Shown here one piece after another: positions 13,900-25,108 of a stretch of DNA of 64,000 nucleotides. The position numbers and the translations under genes are program-made. The stretch covers positions 1,550,001 through 1,614,000 of the forward strand of contig NC_079238.1 of the NCBI RefSeq assembly GCF_027921745.1, given 5' to 3'. The notes under the pieces are model-generated. The model had not been told where the DNA came from. It saw only the letters and a program-made list of their open reading frames with translations, and searched no databases. Source of the stretch: Schizosaccharomyces osmophilus. Taxonomy: Eukaryota. How positions within the stretch are numbered: the first letter of the stretch is position 1; each line of letters opens with the position of its first letter.

Positions 13900-15168
13900 A
13901 TGAATATCTTCCATTTATTCTCCATCATTGTAATCGTTTGTTTTCAGCCAATATCGTCGGTATTGGCAACTAAATTGAACGCTAAAACTTACAAGGTACG
14001 TATGCTCGTTGGAAACATTGTGAAACTAAGAATTTAAATTCTATGAATAAACTAATTTAAACTAACACAACTATAGCCATGCGCTGTTCCAGCAGTATTC
14101 ACTGAACAATTTACGAAAGAAGACTTGGAAAGCTGGAAATATCGATGGTTTTCACCTTCAGACCATGGAGTAGGATCCTTCAGTCTCGTGGAAGCACCAA
14201 ACAAACAGTTAGCAAATGAGTATGGACTTATAACAACAGTTCCAAGGAAGCAACACGTTGTCTCCAGTAATTTCGACGTACCGATTACAAGGGAAAGTCC
14301 TTCTATACCCATTGTTCTGTCTTTTCAAGTGAAGCCTACTGTTCGTTGGGACTGTGGACATGTTAATCTTAAGCTTGTCAGTCAGAAGTGTTCTCATAAT
14401 GAAGATAGTAAAGCTACTCTTCCCCTTATAGAATTTGGTGTGAAAAAATGTGGGTTGTACGACTATGCATATTTTTCTTTTGGCAGCTATGAAAATCAAA
14501 TTGTCTATCATTTGAAAAATCCTCCTCAAAGCGGATTGACAGAGTACATGTCAAATATGTACACGCTGTTTTTACGAAATCACACATTTACAATTCGAAG
14601 GAATAAACAAGTTATTGCCCACGGGGATGTGGAAGCGGCGTTTTCAGAATCACCTATTAAGCATTCATCGATCCAGCACCGAGCCAGTCATGCAGAAGAA
14701 GCTACTGTGGTAACTCCCTATTACAGTCCAAGCGATGTATTTCTTCTTCTTTTATCGCGAGATTATTCATATCCGCTTAGTGCAACGGGAATCGAGCTAG
14801 ATGTTTGGAGTGAAGCTCCTGGTGTCTTCGTGAATAACATATATTTTGGATTCTCTGAAAATGATGCTATGCTTTTTGAAAATGAGACGTTTGATATAAA
14901 AAACTTATTAGAATCTAATCAAAGTGTAAATAGCTTTGGTTCTGGTGGAATGGTAAAGGCCTTGCTAAAACTAATGATAATGAACCTGAAGAATTCGTGG
15001 TCGAACATATATGATGCCACTTATGGTAACGTTTATAATTATTTTTACGATATTTGGATTACAGAAGGTACGATTTTACCAAAAGAAGCATGGCAATATC
15101 TTTACCATGCTATATTGGTGATTTTTGTAGCAGTTTCTCCAGTTCTTTACTGGATGCTCCAATCATAA
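13900..15168 (+). CDS. Divergent calnexin/calreticulin-like ER membrane protein; one intron at about 13996-14076
   Basis: Signal peptide MNIFHLFSIIVIVCF; VLSFQVK..DCGH..LKL, IEFGVKKCG, YTLFLR and GIELDVWS match the calnexin lectin fold; C-terminal hydrophobic segment. Confidence 0.7.
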
Positions 15169-15380
15169 AAAAAATAAAAATTAATAAATAAAAAAGAAGT
15201 CTTTATCATCCAAATGATGACCAGTACATATCTATTTATATATTTGATGCGGTAAATGAAATATGCAAATGATTTCGCTTCATGCTTTGAAAGTAACTTT
15301 ATAGACTTCATAGAGTCAACAATTATATTCTAACTACAAAATTAGCCAAAGAAGCTAATTTAGCTTTCCAATTTCTATCA

Positions 15381-16403
15381 ATGATTTTCCTTCTAGTTGG
15401 CTACGGGTTTCTCTACAGTCTCGCTCACTTGTCAAGTACTACACGCTCACCTACTAGGATGTTCTTAGGGTCATACCGGAATTTTTTGAGGAAAAATGTC
15501 AAGGAAGTAGCTAAGTCGAGAAAGAATTATAATTGCTACTATTCGTTGAGACCTCAATGCTTTTCTACAGCTGCTTTTCTGAGGAATAAGGACACTAAGA
15601 ATTCAGAAGTAATTTTTGGAGGACAATCTTTAGATGATTTATTTAACAATGTTAAAAAGTCAATGAAGGAAAAAAAGGATAGAAGTATGGCTTCTACAAA
15701 CCGAAAGACGTCTGGCAATGCCCGAAACGATGGTTTAGAGAAACTAGACTCTCGTCCTAATAGGCAAAGAAGAAACTCTCTTCAAGGGAATAGGGTACAG
15801 CTTCCAGGCTTTCAAGATAGAAGGTCACAAAATCGTTCAGATTCGGCTGGTAAAACTGGTTTGCAATCAGGTGAATATTCAGCGAGGAAAGACGTAAACA
15901 ATTCGGAATTTCCACCCAAGTTTGAAGGAATTAGGCCTCATTTTAAGCCCTTAAATAGACCAACCCCTGCCACCAAAGAAAAGCTTAAACCCAGCGAACC
16001 ATCAGTTGAAGAGGTTACCAAATTTGATTTGGCGGATTCTTCTAATCCTAAGTCTATACGTGCGGGAAGTCGAGATCGACTTTTACATAAATATGATGCA
16101 CCTACAACTACCAGTAGTGATGCTTCAGTAAAGAATCCAAGAGCAAAGTCGAGAAAGCGTTTGCAAAAACAAGAAGAAACTGGAATGAGTGTACTTTCAG
16201 AGGGGGAAGCAGCTTCAAGTCAGGGATCGAACCAAAGAAAAAAGTTTTTCCGGACTAACGTAGCTCACCTTTCTAGTTTTCACCCTCAGCTTATTCTTCC
16301 ACAGCAATTGGTAGAGTTTGTATCTCCTTCCACTTCACTTCCTAAAGGACTGCAACTCATGAAGAAGCAATTGCAAGCATCAGTCTCCTATCCCCGTAAT
16401 TAA
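15381..16403 (+). CDS. Lineage-specific basic, low-complexity protein, possibly mitochondrial (start may be 15459)
   Basis: 340-codon ORF; R/K/S-rich presequence-like N-terminus (..CFSTAAFLR). Confidence 0.65.
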   Translation: MIFLLVGYGFLYSLAHLSSTTRSPTRMFLGSYRNFLRKNVKEVAKSRKNYNCYYSLRPQCFSTAAFLRNKDTKNSEVIFGGQSLDDLFNNVKKSMKEKKDRSMASTNRKTSGNARNDGLEKLDSRPNRQRRNSLQGNRVQLPGFQDRRSQNRSDSAGKTGLQSGEYSARKDVNNSEFPPKFEGIRPHFKPLNRPTPATKEKLKPSEPSVEEVTKFDLADSSNPKSIRAGSRDRLLHKYDAPTTTSSDASVKNPRAKSRKRLQKQEETGMSVLSEGEAASSQGSNQRKKFFRTNVAHLSSFHPQLILPQQLVEFVSPSTSLPKGLQLMKKQLQASVSYPRN

Positions 16404-16861
16404 TTGAAATCAGTTGAAGACAATCTCTTGCCTCAAATTTTCAGTGATGACCCAAAATCAGAATGGACATAGCAATGTCTTTGAATATGCATTTTCACTT
16501 CACATAATTGAAACCATTTATAATAAAATTGCAAGATTATAGTGCACCTCGTTTATAGAATGTTTGTTTCTAGTTCGTCTTGGACACATAGTAAGTCTTT
16601 TTTTACATATTGATCTCCCAATATATGTCAAATGTGGATGTAAAAATAATCGTAGAATTGTTATAAATTACTACTAAGTTATTTTGTTTATCACAGTCGT
16701 TTTCTAAAAGTATTCGTGTGGTGAGAGTATTTAATATTACGACGCACCTGTATTTGCCTTACTGTCAGCAGTAAGAAAGCCATCAGCAAGTCCATGCTCA
16801 AAATTGACCCTCTTTAATCCAAAGGCTAAATAATTTGTTTTTAATTTATAATTTACTCGAA

Positions 16862-17857
16862 ATGTCATTTCGGGACCAGTCATTACGATCATTAATTCAA
16901 CAGAATCTCAAGAAAACGCTACCTTTGAAACCAGAAGAAAAGATTTCTTATGAGTCAAGCCTGAGCAATTGGGGAAACTATTTTCAAGAAAGGATAGAAA
17001 TACCTACTGGTCATGGAGACTTAATTGGGTATTTAACTCTGCCACAGCCAGACAGCTGTTTGTTTGTGCTTCAGCATGGTGCAGGTTCAAGCGCTATGTC
17101 TTTTGCTCCAATGATCCCTGAACTATTATCTGAGTCAGAAAATAAGGGAGGATTTCTTTCCTTGGATCTTCGAGCCCATGGTGAAACAAATGTTCAACCA
17201 GAAACAGATATGTCTCTCCAGGCGCTGACAAACGATTTTGTACATGCAGTTCAGTATGTCCAAAACATATTTCGTCTGGAGGAAAAGCTGATTTTGGTGG
17301 GCCATAGTCTGGGTGGATCCATTTGCACAGAAGCTGCATATGAAAAGAGACTTCCAAATGTTTCTGGTTTGGTTATCATTGATGCCATTGAAGGTTCAGC
17401 AATTGAGTCTTTTAACTACATGCGTAGGTATATTTCTACACGTCCTGCTTCTTTTTCTTCTGTAGAGGAAGCTATAAGCTGGCATTTGAAAACACTAACC
17501 ATCCGGCAAAGCAGTTCCGCCTGCATCACCGTACCCTCTTTGCTGGTTCCTTCGGAAGATAAAAGCTGTTACACTTGGAGAACGGACTTAGCTTCCACTT
17601 CTCCTTTTTGGTCAGATTGGTTCACTGGTTTAAGTGACAAGTTCCTGACAGCAGCATGTGGAAAACTGCTCATCGTGGCCGCTGCGGATCGATTAGACAA
17701 AAGCTTAATTATTGGACAAATGCAGGGAAAATACCAACTTGAGATATCCCCAGCTTCTGGTCATTTTGTTCATGAAGACGCTCCCGTTCAAATGGCTTCC
17801 CTCTTAATCAAATTTTGGCATCGTAATCAACCTTTAGTTTTACCATTAAAATTCTAA
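16862..17857 (+). CDS. PP2A protein methylesterase (PME-1/Ppe1 family alpha/beta hydrolase)
   Basis: HGAGSSAMSF; GHSLGG; WFTGLSDKFL; DRLDKSLIIGQMQGKYQL; GHFVHED. Confidence 0.9.
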   Translation: MSFRDQSLRSLIQQNLKKTLPLKPEEKISYESSLSNWGNYFQERIEIPTGHGDLIGYLTLPQPDSCLFVLQHGAGSSAMSFAPMIPELLSESENKGGFLSLDLRAHGETNVQPETDMSLQALTNDFVHAVQYVQNIFRLEEKLILVGHSLGGSICTEAAYEKRLPNVSGLVIIDAIEGSAIESFNYMRRYISTRPASFSSVEEAISWHLKTLTIRQSSSACITVPSLLVPSEDKSCYTWRTDLASTSPFWSDWFTGLSDKFLTAACGKLLIVAAADRLDKSLIIGQMQGKYQLEISPASGHFVHEDAPVQMASLLIKFWHRNQPLVLPLKF

Positions 17858-18108
17858 TGATTTATGATTTTACTCTATTAGCGTATGATGTTATTTCCAT
17901 TAATTTCAATTCTTACTATTCCTATTCCTACGCTTTCACTTTACCACATCAGACAATACCACATTCTGGTAAACACAACGAAACTGCATTTTAATCCCTA
18001 ATGATAAATTGCATCTATTTCTAGGATAAATTGTTTACGAAAGACAGATATACATATAAAACATTATTCTCTAATAAATTTAGGCCAACGACATCAGCAT
18101 AGTCTCTC

Positions 18109-18993
18109 ATGTCCTCCGTAATAACTCAGGCCCAAGAAGCACCTATCGTTGCAGCGGATACTTCATGCAATTATGAACAAGTCAATCCTAAAATCCAGCT
18201 TTTTGTTAGAGGTGTCATCTTCGAACTATTTCGAAATGAGCTCTTGTCATTGCCCGAGTCTGTCTTAATGTGTCTTTTCCCAAGAGGTTTAATGCTTGAT
18301 TATGAAATCCATGATTACTTAACGAATAATAGACCATTGATTTTTCAAACAGCTGATTTTGATCCTTCCATTTTTGGATACATAATCAGTTATTTCCGAA
18401 TGATGGATTCGCGTATTAACGATGAAAAACAGTTTATATCACCACCAGCACCATCCTTTCCTGGGAAATGTGGTATTATCTTTTTAAAAGAAGACATTGA
18501 ATTTTATGTCTTGCCTCCTTCAGTACAGCAATCAATTGTGGAAGCGAAACCTATCGATCTTGCAAGAACGAAACAGAAAGTAGCACAACAGTTACTACAG
18601 GAGAAGCGTATTTTTGATTGTCTTCGTGTAACCAGCTCGACACCGGAAGATTCTGCAGAAAAGAATTTAGTTCGTATGCTATGTTATAGTGGTTTCAACG
18701 AAGACGATGAATGGAAACTAAGAACGCAGGAACCACATCGAGCATGCATAACGTCCGTTACACTCACGAATCTGGACTTTTCTGCCGATAAAGGTCCCGT
18801 ATCTGACCCAAATTATTTTCCCGTTTTCCAAAAATTATTGCTGTTCTGGCAAAAGCCTGCTAGAAAATGTTGGTGGGATTCTGCTTTAAAAACAAATTTT
18901 GATGGAATTGATTTTTCTGTATGGGTGCGACGTGTTTGGACTTTAGAACTTGCTGTACTGGGCTCAACTCATACTGGGCCATTGGTTGTATAA
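18109..18993 (+). CDS. whi2: Whi2-like BTB/POZ-related stress and phosphatase regulator
   Basis: ELLSLPESVLMCLFPRG; IFLKEDIEFY; KLLLFWQKPARKCWWD; RRVWTLEL. Confidence 0.85.
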   Translation: MSSVITQAQEAPIVAADTSCNYEQVNPKIQLFVRGVIFELFRNELLSLPESVLMCLFPRGLMLDYEIHDYLTNNRPLIFQTADFDPSIFGYIISYFRMMDSRINDEKQFISPPAPSFPGKCGIIFLKEDIEFYVLPPSVQQSIVEAKPIDLARTKQKVAQQLLQEKRIFDCLRVTSSTPEDSAEKNLVRMLCYSGFNEDDEWKLRTQEPHRACITSVTLTNLDFSADKGPVSDPNYFPVFQKLLLFWQKPARKCWWDSALKTNFDGIDFSVWVRRVWTLELAVLGSTHTGPLVV

Positions 18994-19375
18994 TAGTTTA
19001 TTTGCATACACATTCCTCCTACTCAAAACCGAGCTTAATGGATTAATAATGATAAATACCTAACCTTTTCTTATGCTCCACCATTCTATGAACTGATTAT
19101 TCAAAAACAATCACACCTACTAATGTAGTTTTACCATCAATGCAAAGTTCCTGCGAGTCTTGAGTTTTGATTACGATTTTCGTGCTCTAAATTTGAGATT
19201 TTAGATAGTGAAGTCTTATAAAATCCATCTTTCTATGTTTGGGGTCTTAATGAATCTTGCAGCGCTTATGCGATAGTCGGTTTACTTCTATAATAATCTT
19301 ATAGGTTTCGAATGCATCTAAAAAAAAAAAACAAAAAAAAAAAAAAAAGAGATTTAAGGAAAACATTAGATTCTT

Positions 19376-22191
19376 TTAATGAATGATTAATTTGTTGATT
19401 CTATTTGGGTTAGTAGCTGTTATAATAAATAAATTCCGTGTCCAACTTACCTCAAAACTGTGTAGGTTTGTTTATGCTTCATTACACGATCATGTCTATG
19501 ACGACGCTTGTGTTTGACGCGCACGCTTAATGCACTTTTGGGGAGTGATAATACTGTTGCTTCAATGGTATGGTTAGAAATGTCTATATATGGTTTGCCA
19601 ACAATAGTATAATCCCTAGAGCCCAGCCTGGTAACTTTATCAAAACGTATAGTATCTCCTACCTCCAGTCCTTTTGCTAGAAAGGGTAGGCTCAACTGGT
19701 CACCTTCGGTGACTATAAAATGTTGGTTATATAAACTCACATCAGCGTAATGACCAGGTTGTCGTTTTATTGAATCTAATATGTTTCGTTCTCCTCCACC
19801 AACACGAGCTTTTTCACGAATCAGGTTCAAAGCTGAACCAGCCCTGAAAAATTCTACCTGATCTTTACTCATCGTATGCTTGCAAGGAATCTCTACTGTA
19901 GAGCCATCTTGTTTGGTAACGATAAGAGTAATGGGCTCATCCAAAGCGCCATTAAGTAAACCTGTAATACCTCGAGTAGATACTTTATCTTCAGCATCAA
20001 TTTTGTCGTAATCAGCTTCGTTGGCAAAATTCAGTGGAAGAATACCTTGCTTTTTCAAGTTAGTTTCGTGAATACGAGCAAATGATTTAGTCAGAATAAT
20101 TCGACCATTCAAAGCGCGAGGTTGCAAAGCGGCATGTTCACGAGCAGATCCTTCACCGTAGTTGTGTTCAGCTACAACCAACCATGGTTGGCCTTTACTG
20201 TTCCACCTCCACATTAATTCAGGAATACTCATGCCTTCTCCCTTATCATATGCTACGTTAACCTCACCAGTAGCAGCATTAACAGCACCAATGAGAGTAT
20301 TGTTACAGATGTTACTCAAATGTCCCTTATACTTCAACCATTTACCAGCAGCAGAGATGTGATCTGTTGTACATTTTCCCTTAACCTTTATGGCAACCTT
20401 TAAGTTATCCATCTCTCCACCTTTGTAAGCATCAAAAGGTTTGAGGGCCTCCAAACGTGTAGACTTAGGATCGATTGTTACTTCGGTTTCAGGTTGAGGT
20501 TCTGGGTTAAGATCGGGAATGTACGAAGTATCACCAGCAGTAAAACCAGATGGAGGAAGTTCAATACCGGTAGGCGGAGTGAACTTGAAAGGTTTGCCAT
20601 CTGGAGTCTGAAGGACATCACGGGCAGGATCAAATGCAAGGTCTGAGGAGAAGATCTTAGCAGCGACGATGACAGGGCTAGTCAAAAAGTTCATGGTAGA
20701 TGGGTTACCATCATTACGAGAACGGAAGTTACGGTTGAAGCTAGTCAAAATAGCGTTTGGTTCTTCTGTAGATACCTTATCATCACGCTTCCACATACCT
20801 ATACAAGGACCGCATGCATTAGCAAGAACGACAGCACCAGCATCTTCTAAACGCTTTGTGATACCGTCACGTTCAATAGTTGCACGAATTTGTTCACTGC
20901 CAGGAGTAACTAAGAAAGGTACTTGTGGCTTCAAACCGGCTTTTGTAGCTTGTTCCACGACGTCAACAACAGTGGACATATCTTGGTAAGAGGAGTTGGT
21001 GCAAGATCCGATAAGACCAGCAGAGACCTTTTTGGGCCAATTGTTCGTTTCAATAGCTTTGCTGAATTTTTCGAGGGGAGTGTTCAAATCAGGAGTAAAA
21101 GGGCCATTGAAAGAGGGGGTAAGTTCAGAAAGATTAACTTCAACAATCTCATCATACTTAGCACCTGCATCAGCAGCCAAGTAATTGTGTTGTTGATGGA
21201 CATTTGCAGCTGCATTGGCAACTTCTGCACGATGAGTGGCTTCTAAATAACGCTTCATCGATTCGGTATATGGGAATAAAGAAGTAGTTGCGCCCACCTC
21301 GGCACCCATATTGCATACAGTAGCCATTCCTGTACACGAGAGAGATTCAACACCAGGACCAAAGTATTCAATAATATGACCAGTACCACCACGAACAGTA
21401 AGTTTTCCAGCTAAATGAAGAATAAGATCTTTGGGGGTAGCCCAGCCAGACAAAGCGCCCTTGAGATGTACACCAATAACTTTAGGTGCCTTCAACTCCC
21501 AAGGAGTATTGGTCATGGCATCCACGGCATCGGCACCACCAACGCCAATGGCAACCGTACCCAAACCACCAGCATTGGGTGTGTGAGAATCTGTTCCCAG
21601 CATCATTCCACCCGGAGCAGCGTAATTTTCCAAAACGATTTGATGAATAATACCACTTCCAGGACCCCAAAATTGTATACCGTATCTTTTTGCGGCACTT
21701 TGAAGGAAATCAAAAATTTCTTTATTATTGGCAATGCTATCGGGAATATCACTATTTGCACCGCGATGACCGACAATCAAGTGGTCGCAGTGAATACTAG
21801 AGGGAATTAATGTACGGTCAAGACCACATGTCATAAACTGAAGTAATGCCATTTGGGCCGATGCATCTTGCATGGCGACGCGATCGGGATTCAACTTCAA
21901 ATACAAAGAGCCGCGAATTTGCGAAGGAGAAACACCGGAAAAGCTTTCCTCGGGATTCGTCAAGTGTGCATATAAAACCTTTTCAGCTAAAGTGAGTTTT
22001 TCATTAGGAAAAATCTTCCGAACACGTTCAAGCTTTTCAACGAGTTTTTGGTAGGGAGGTGTGACAAACGCTGCACGACTGGCATAGCCTCTAATGCCAG
22101 TATACTGCTTGCCAAAAAAGCCAATTCCCTTGTCAGAACGAATCATCGACAAGCTTGAAGCTCCATGCTTCATGCGACCTAATGTGGCCAT
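19376..22191 (-). CDS. aco2: Aconitase fused to mitochondrial ribosomal protein bL21 (Aco2); exons 22191-19451 and 19400-19376
   Basis: DRVAMQDASAQM, GSCTNSS and ACGPCIG (4Fe-4S cysteines), NYGEGSAREHA; C-terminal bL21 domain (HKRRHRHDRVMKHKQTYTVLR); GTAAGT..TACTAAC..TAG intron adds INKLIIH*. Confidence 0.95.
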
Positions 22192-22605
22192 GTTGTTCTG
22201 GGGTGGTGCTGTACTCGAATAATTCTGTTTATGGAAGAGCTCGTTTCCAACGAAAATTTTCTAGATAATCGCCACTATTAAGATACATTTAACATGGGTA
22301 AAAGAATGTAAATAAAATTATTTATGTATTATTTTAGTTTCACATATGATAGGAATTCATCAGGACTTTGGTGACATTTTGATACGTTCGAATGAATATA
22401 CTCACAAATGCTGAGCTTGGATGTTTGTGTATTCAAGTCTCTGTAGCGAACGTTATGTAATTTCCAACCATCAGCCATGGTTCTGTCGAACGCCGAGGTG
22501 AATCTGACTGGAATTGGCAATTTGTTGAAGGAAAAACAAGCAAGTAAGACGAACAACAAAAAGTTGAAAGTAAAGCCACAAAGAAAAGAGAAAAAAGTGA
22601 GAGGA

Positions 22606-22724
22606 AGCCTACAGCACCCCGGATTCCCATGTTGTCTCCAACCATAGTACTAACGAGGCCCTCAGACGCTTAACTGCAGTGATCGGACGGGAACTGGTGT
22701 TTTCGCCTAGGTATGGCCGTAGAC
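22606..22724 (-). rRNA. 5S rRNA gene, copy 1
   Basis: 119 nt GTCTACGGCCATACCTAGGCG...GGTGCTGTAGGCT followed by a T-run terminator; identical to copy 2. Confidence 0.98.
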
Positions 22725-22769
22725 ACCAGTTCTAGGTTTTTTAAGCTATGTATATATTTGTATATACAC

Positions 22770-23356
22770 ATACACATGAAGCTTGCTCCTTCATCAATTT
22801 TAAAACTAGTTTTCTACTTGGTAGTTCTTTGACTGTTTCACCGCCAGGTTTGTTCTTTTGTACCTCTCATAAAGCTTCCGCAAACAAATTTAGTGATGTG
22901 TCAATCCCTATTATACATCATTTGAGAAAGGAACGTCCCATGTTCGTTCCTAAGGATGACAAGGGACTCGAGCAGATATCGTTGGTCTCTTCAGTATAGA
23001 ATTATCTTTACTTGCATTCAACAAGAAGAATATATTAATAAGAACAAAAAACCGGCCCAAATGAAGCATTTTCACTAAGCGTGTAAAAGGCAATATTGAG
23101 ACACTTCCCTGCTACTTGAGGAAGAACATGCTACCTGAATGGAAAAGGTTACAAGGAATAAAATATAAGGAAAGCCTTGATTCAGCAGAAATGAACATGG
23201 CGAGATACATCTAAGTAAGCCAGGGTGATGAAGCAGAGATCCACTTGAACTGAACTTAGTTGCTGATGTTGCACCGCCAGCTTGTGTTTCGATGATGCGT
23301 GTTGAAGGGCCGTTTCACATCGCTGAAACACGCGATTGAGAATTTTCGAAGTTCAT
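22770..23356 (-). pseudogene. Possible decayed membrane-protein gene next to the 5S gene
   Basis: ATG at 23356 about 90 bp downstream of GTAAACAAA; intron-like GTATCT..TTCAG; broken frames including the hydrophobic stretch FFVLINIFFLL; in-frame stops. Confidence 0.3.
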
Positions 23357-23901
23357 ATGCGACTCTCATACTGTTTCGAAGAAAAAGCCTTGCCTTTACA
23401 ACTCGATTGATCTTGCTAAATGAATTAATGCTTCATATACCAATTTTGTTTACCGCATTCCTGGACTTAGTAACGTCTTTACAGATCATAGATTAGGATT
23501 AAATCAATTGCAAGAATACATATCTCTGCAACTTTAATAAATTTTCTGCTCAAATGTATGGACAACGTTATGAACACTGACGAAGTATTCGCTATGAAAG
23601 TAGCAGCAACGAAATTCATTTAAAAATTGTAAATTAAGATAAAACGAATGACAAGATTCATGAAGGAGTGAAAGAAAAACAATTAAAATAAACCATGCTG
23701 GATGGTAACGTCTTCTTCTGTGTTACGTTTAATTCTATTCATATGCGAATAAATATTTACTTTGGAATTTAGCGGATTTCATAAGCGTCGGGGCTTTCAA
23801 AGATGGCGCAAAAATCGAAAAAGAAATACAATGGTTTCGGCAAGACTACAGAAATAAATAACCACGAAACCTCAAACTTCAGTTCTTTTGTCATCAAGAG
23901 G

Positions 23902-24450
23902 TTAAGTTTGATTTCTTCGTTCGAATGTCCTCTCATCTTGGATACTGAACGATTCTAAATAGGTTAATAAGATATAATGAGAGGAAAGAAAAGTACGAGA
24001 CAAAGCATTTGCTAAACCGCTCATGCCGTTAACCAAATTTGAATTCATGCTTTCGCGTACCTTTTGATTTGCTGGAACAGTACACAACATACTCGTCAAA
24101 ACAAGAAATAAGAATGTGTTTATTGTGATAAAAATCAACCAGTAAACAGCAGGGTTCAAATTTTCAAACACTCCGTACTTCTTCAGGCCAAAAGATGAGG
24201 CTAAACAGAAGGCATCGAAAACAACTGTATGGAATGTTGCGACAAGCACATTGTCTATCAATGCTTCACACTTTATTGAATTTATTGCAATTGTCCCTAA
24301 TAGTTAGCCAGTCGTTCAAAATATGGACATCGCTGTCTTACCAGAATATCGAGGCGGTGTGCCATCTGAAATTTGAATGCCTGACTTTTCATCATTGAGC
24401 GTTTTAAGGGAGGCTTCCAAACTCGAAACAGGAGTGTAACTATTCTTCAT
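23902..24450 (-). CDS. Short wtf-like (or wtf-associated) membrane protein, about 153 aa; exons 24450-24342, 24296-23997, 23954-23902
   Basis: Exon 1 MKNSYTPVSS...DGTPPRYS splices (GTAAGA..GCTAAC..TTAG) in frame to the 119-aa ORF; two hydrophobic segments; C-terminal NGMSGLANAL. Confidence 0.65.
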
Positions 24451-25108
24451 CTTTACAATGGCAATCCAAAAAAACAAAAAAAATCACACATTCCAGGAAA
24501 TAAACAACTAGAATCACCAAGAAAGTCAGTAGAAACTGGTTGCACTTTTCAAGAATCTGTCAAAAAAGGGAATTGAGCCTCGCTTCAAAACATTATAAGA
24601 AAATTCCAAAAGAACCTGCCTGTTAAAACCAAAGATGCGTGTTAAAAAAAAATCTTGGTAATGGCTTGACTTGTAAAAAAATCGAAGCGGCCGGTAATAG
24701 TTATTTCTTACTCTCTACGACTAACCGAAACAACGTGTGGAATAAATTACAGACTAGATGGCATATTCCAAGTATTTTGACTTTCATCCTACTTTTGGAT
24801 AGTGTTCGTATCAATCCCTCTAATGAAAAAGCATTTGAATTTCCTTTCACCCTCTTGACAAAACATTTCCCTACCAGATCTCTTTGTTTACTTTTAAATT
24901 CCGTAATCGTTCGTTAAACACAAAAGTGAGACTCAACACATTACACTACCAGACTTTAAAATAAATACCGTAAATTAGTTAAGATATGTTTTGCAGCGCT
25001 TCTGTATCTTTGTTTCATCATGCCCATGCGAATTGATAGATTAGGAGTTTTTTCATTCATCTTCAGCCTAGTAGAATTACTGGGACGAACATTTGACGAA
25101 AAGACGTT

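Noticed and set aside
19320..19348. Poly-A tracts here and at about 45339-45359 as retroposition scars
   Set aside because: No target-site duplications or adjoining element; homopolymers are common in these intergenic regions.
22433..22645. ORFs 22433-22645 and 43416-43664 with shared sequence
   Set aside because: They are translations of the 5S rRNA genes and their flanks, not proteins.
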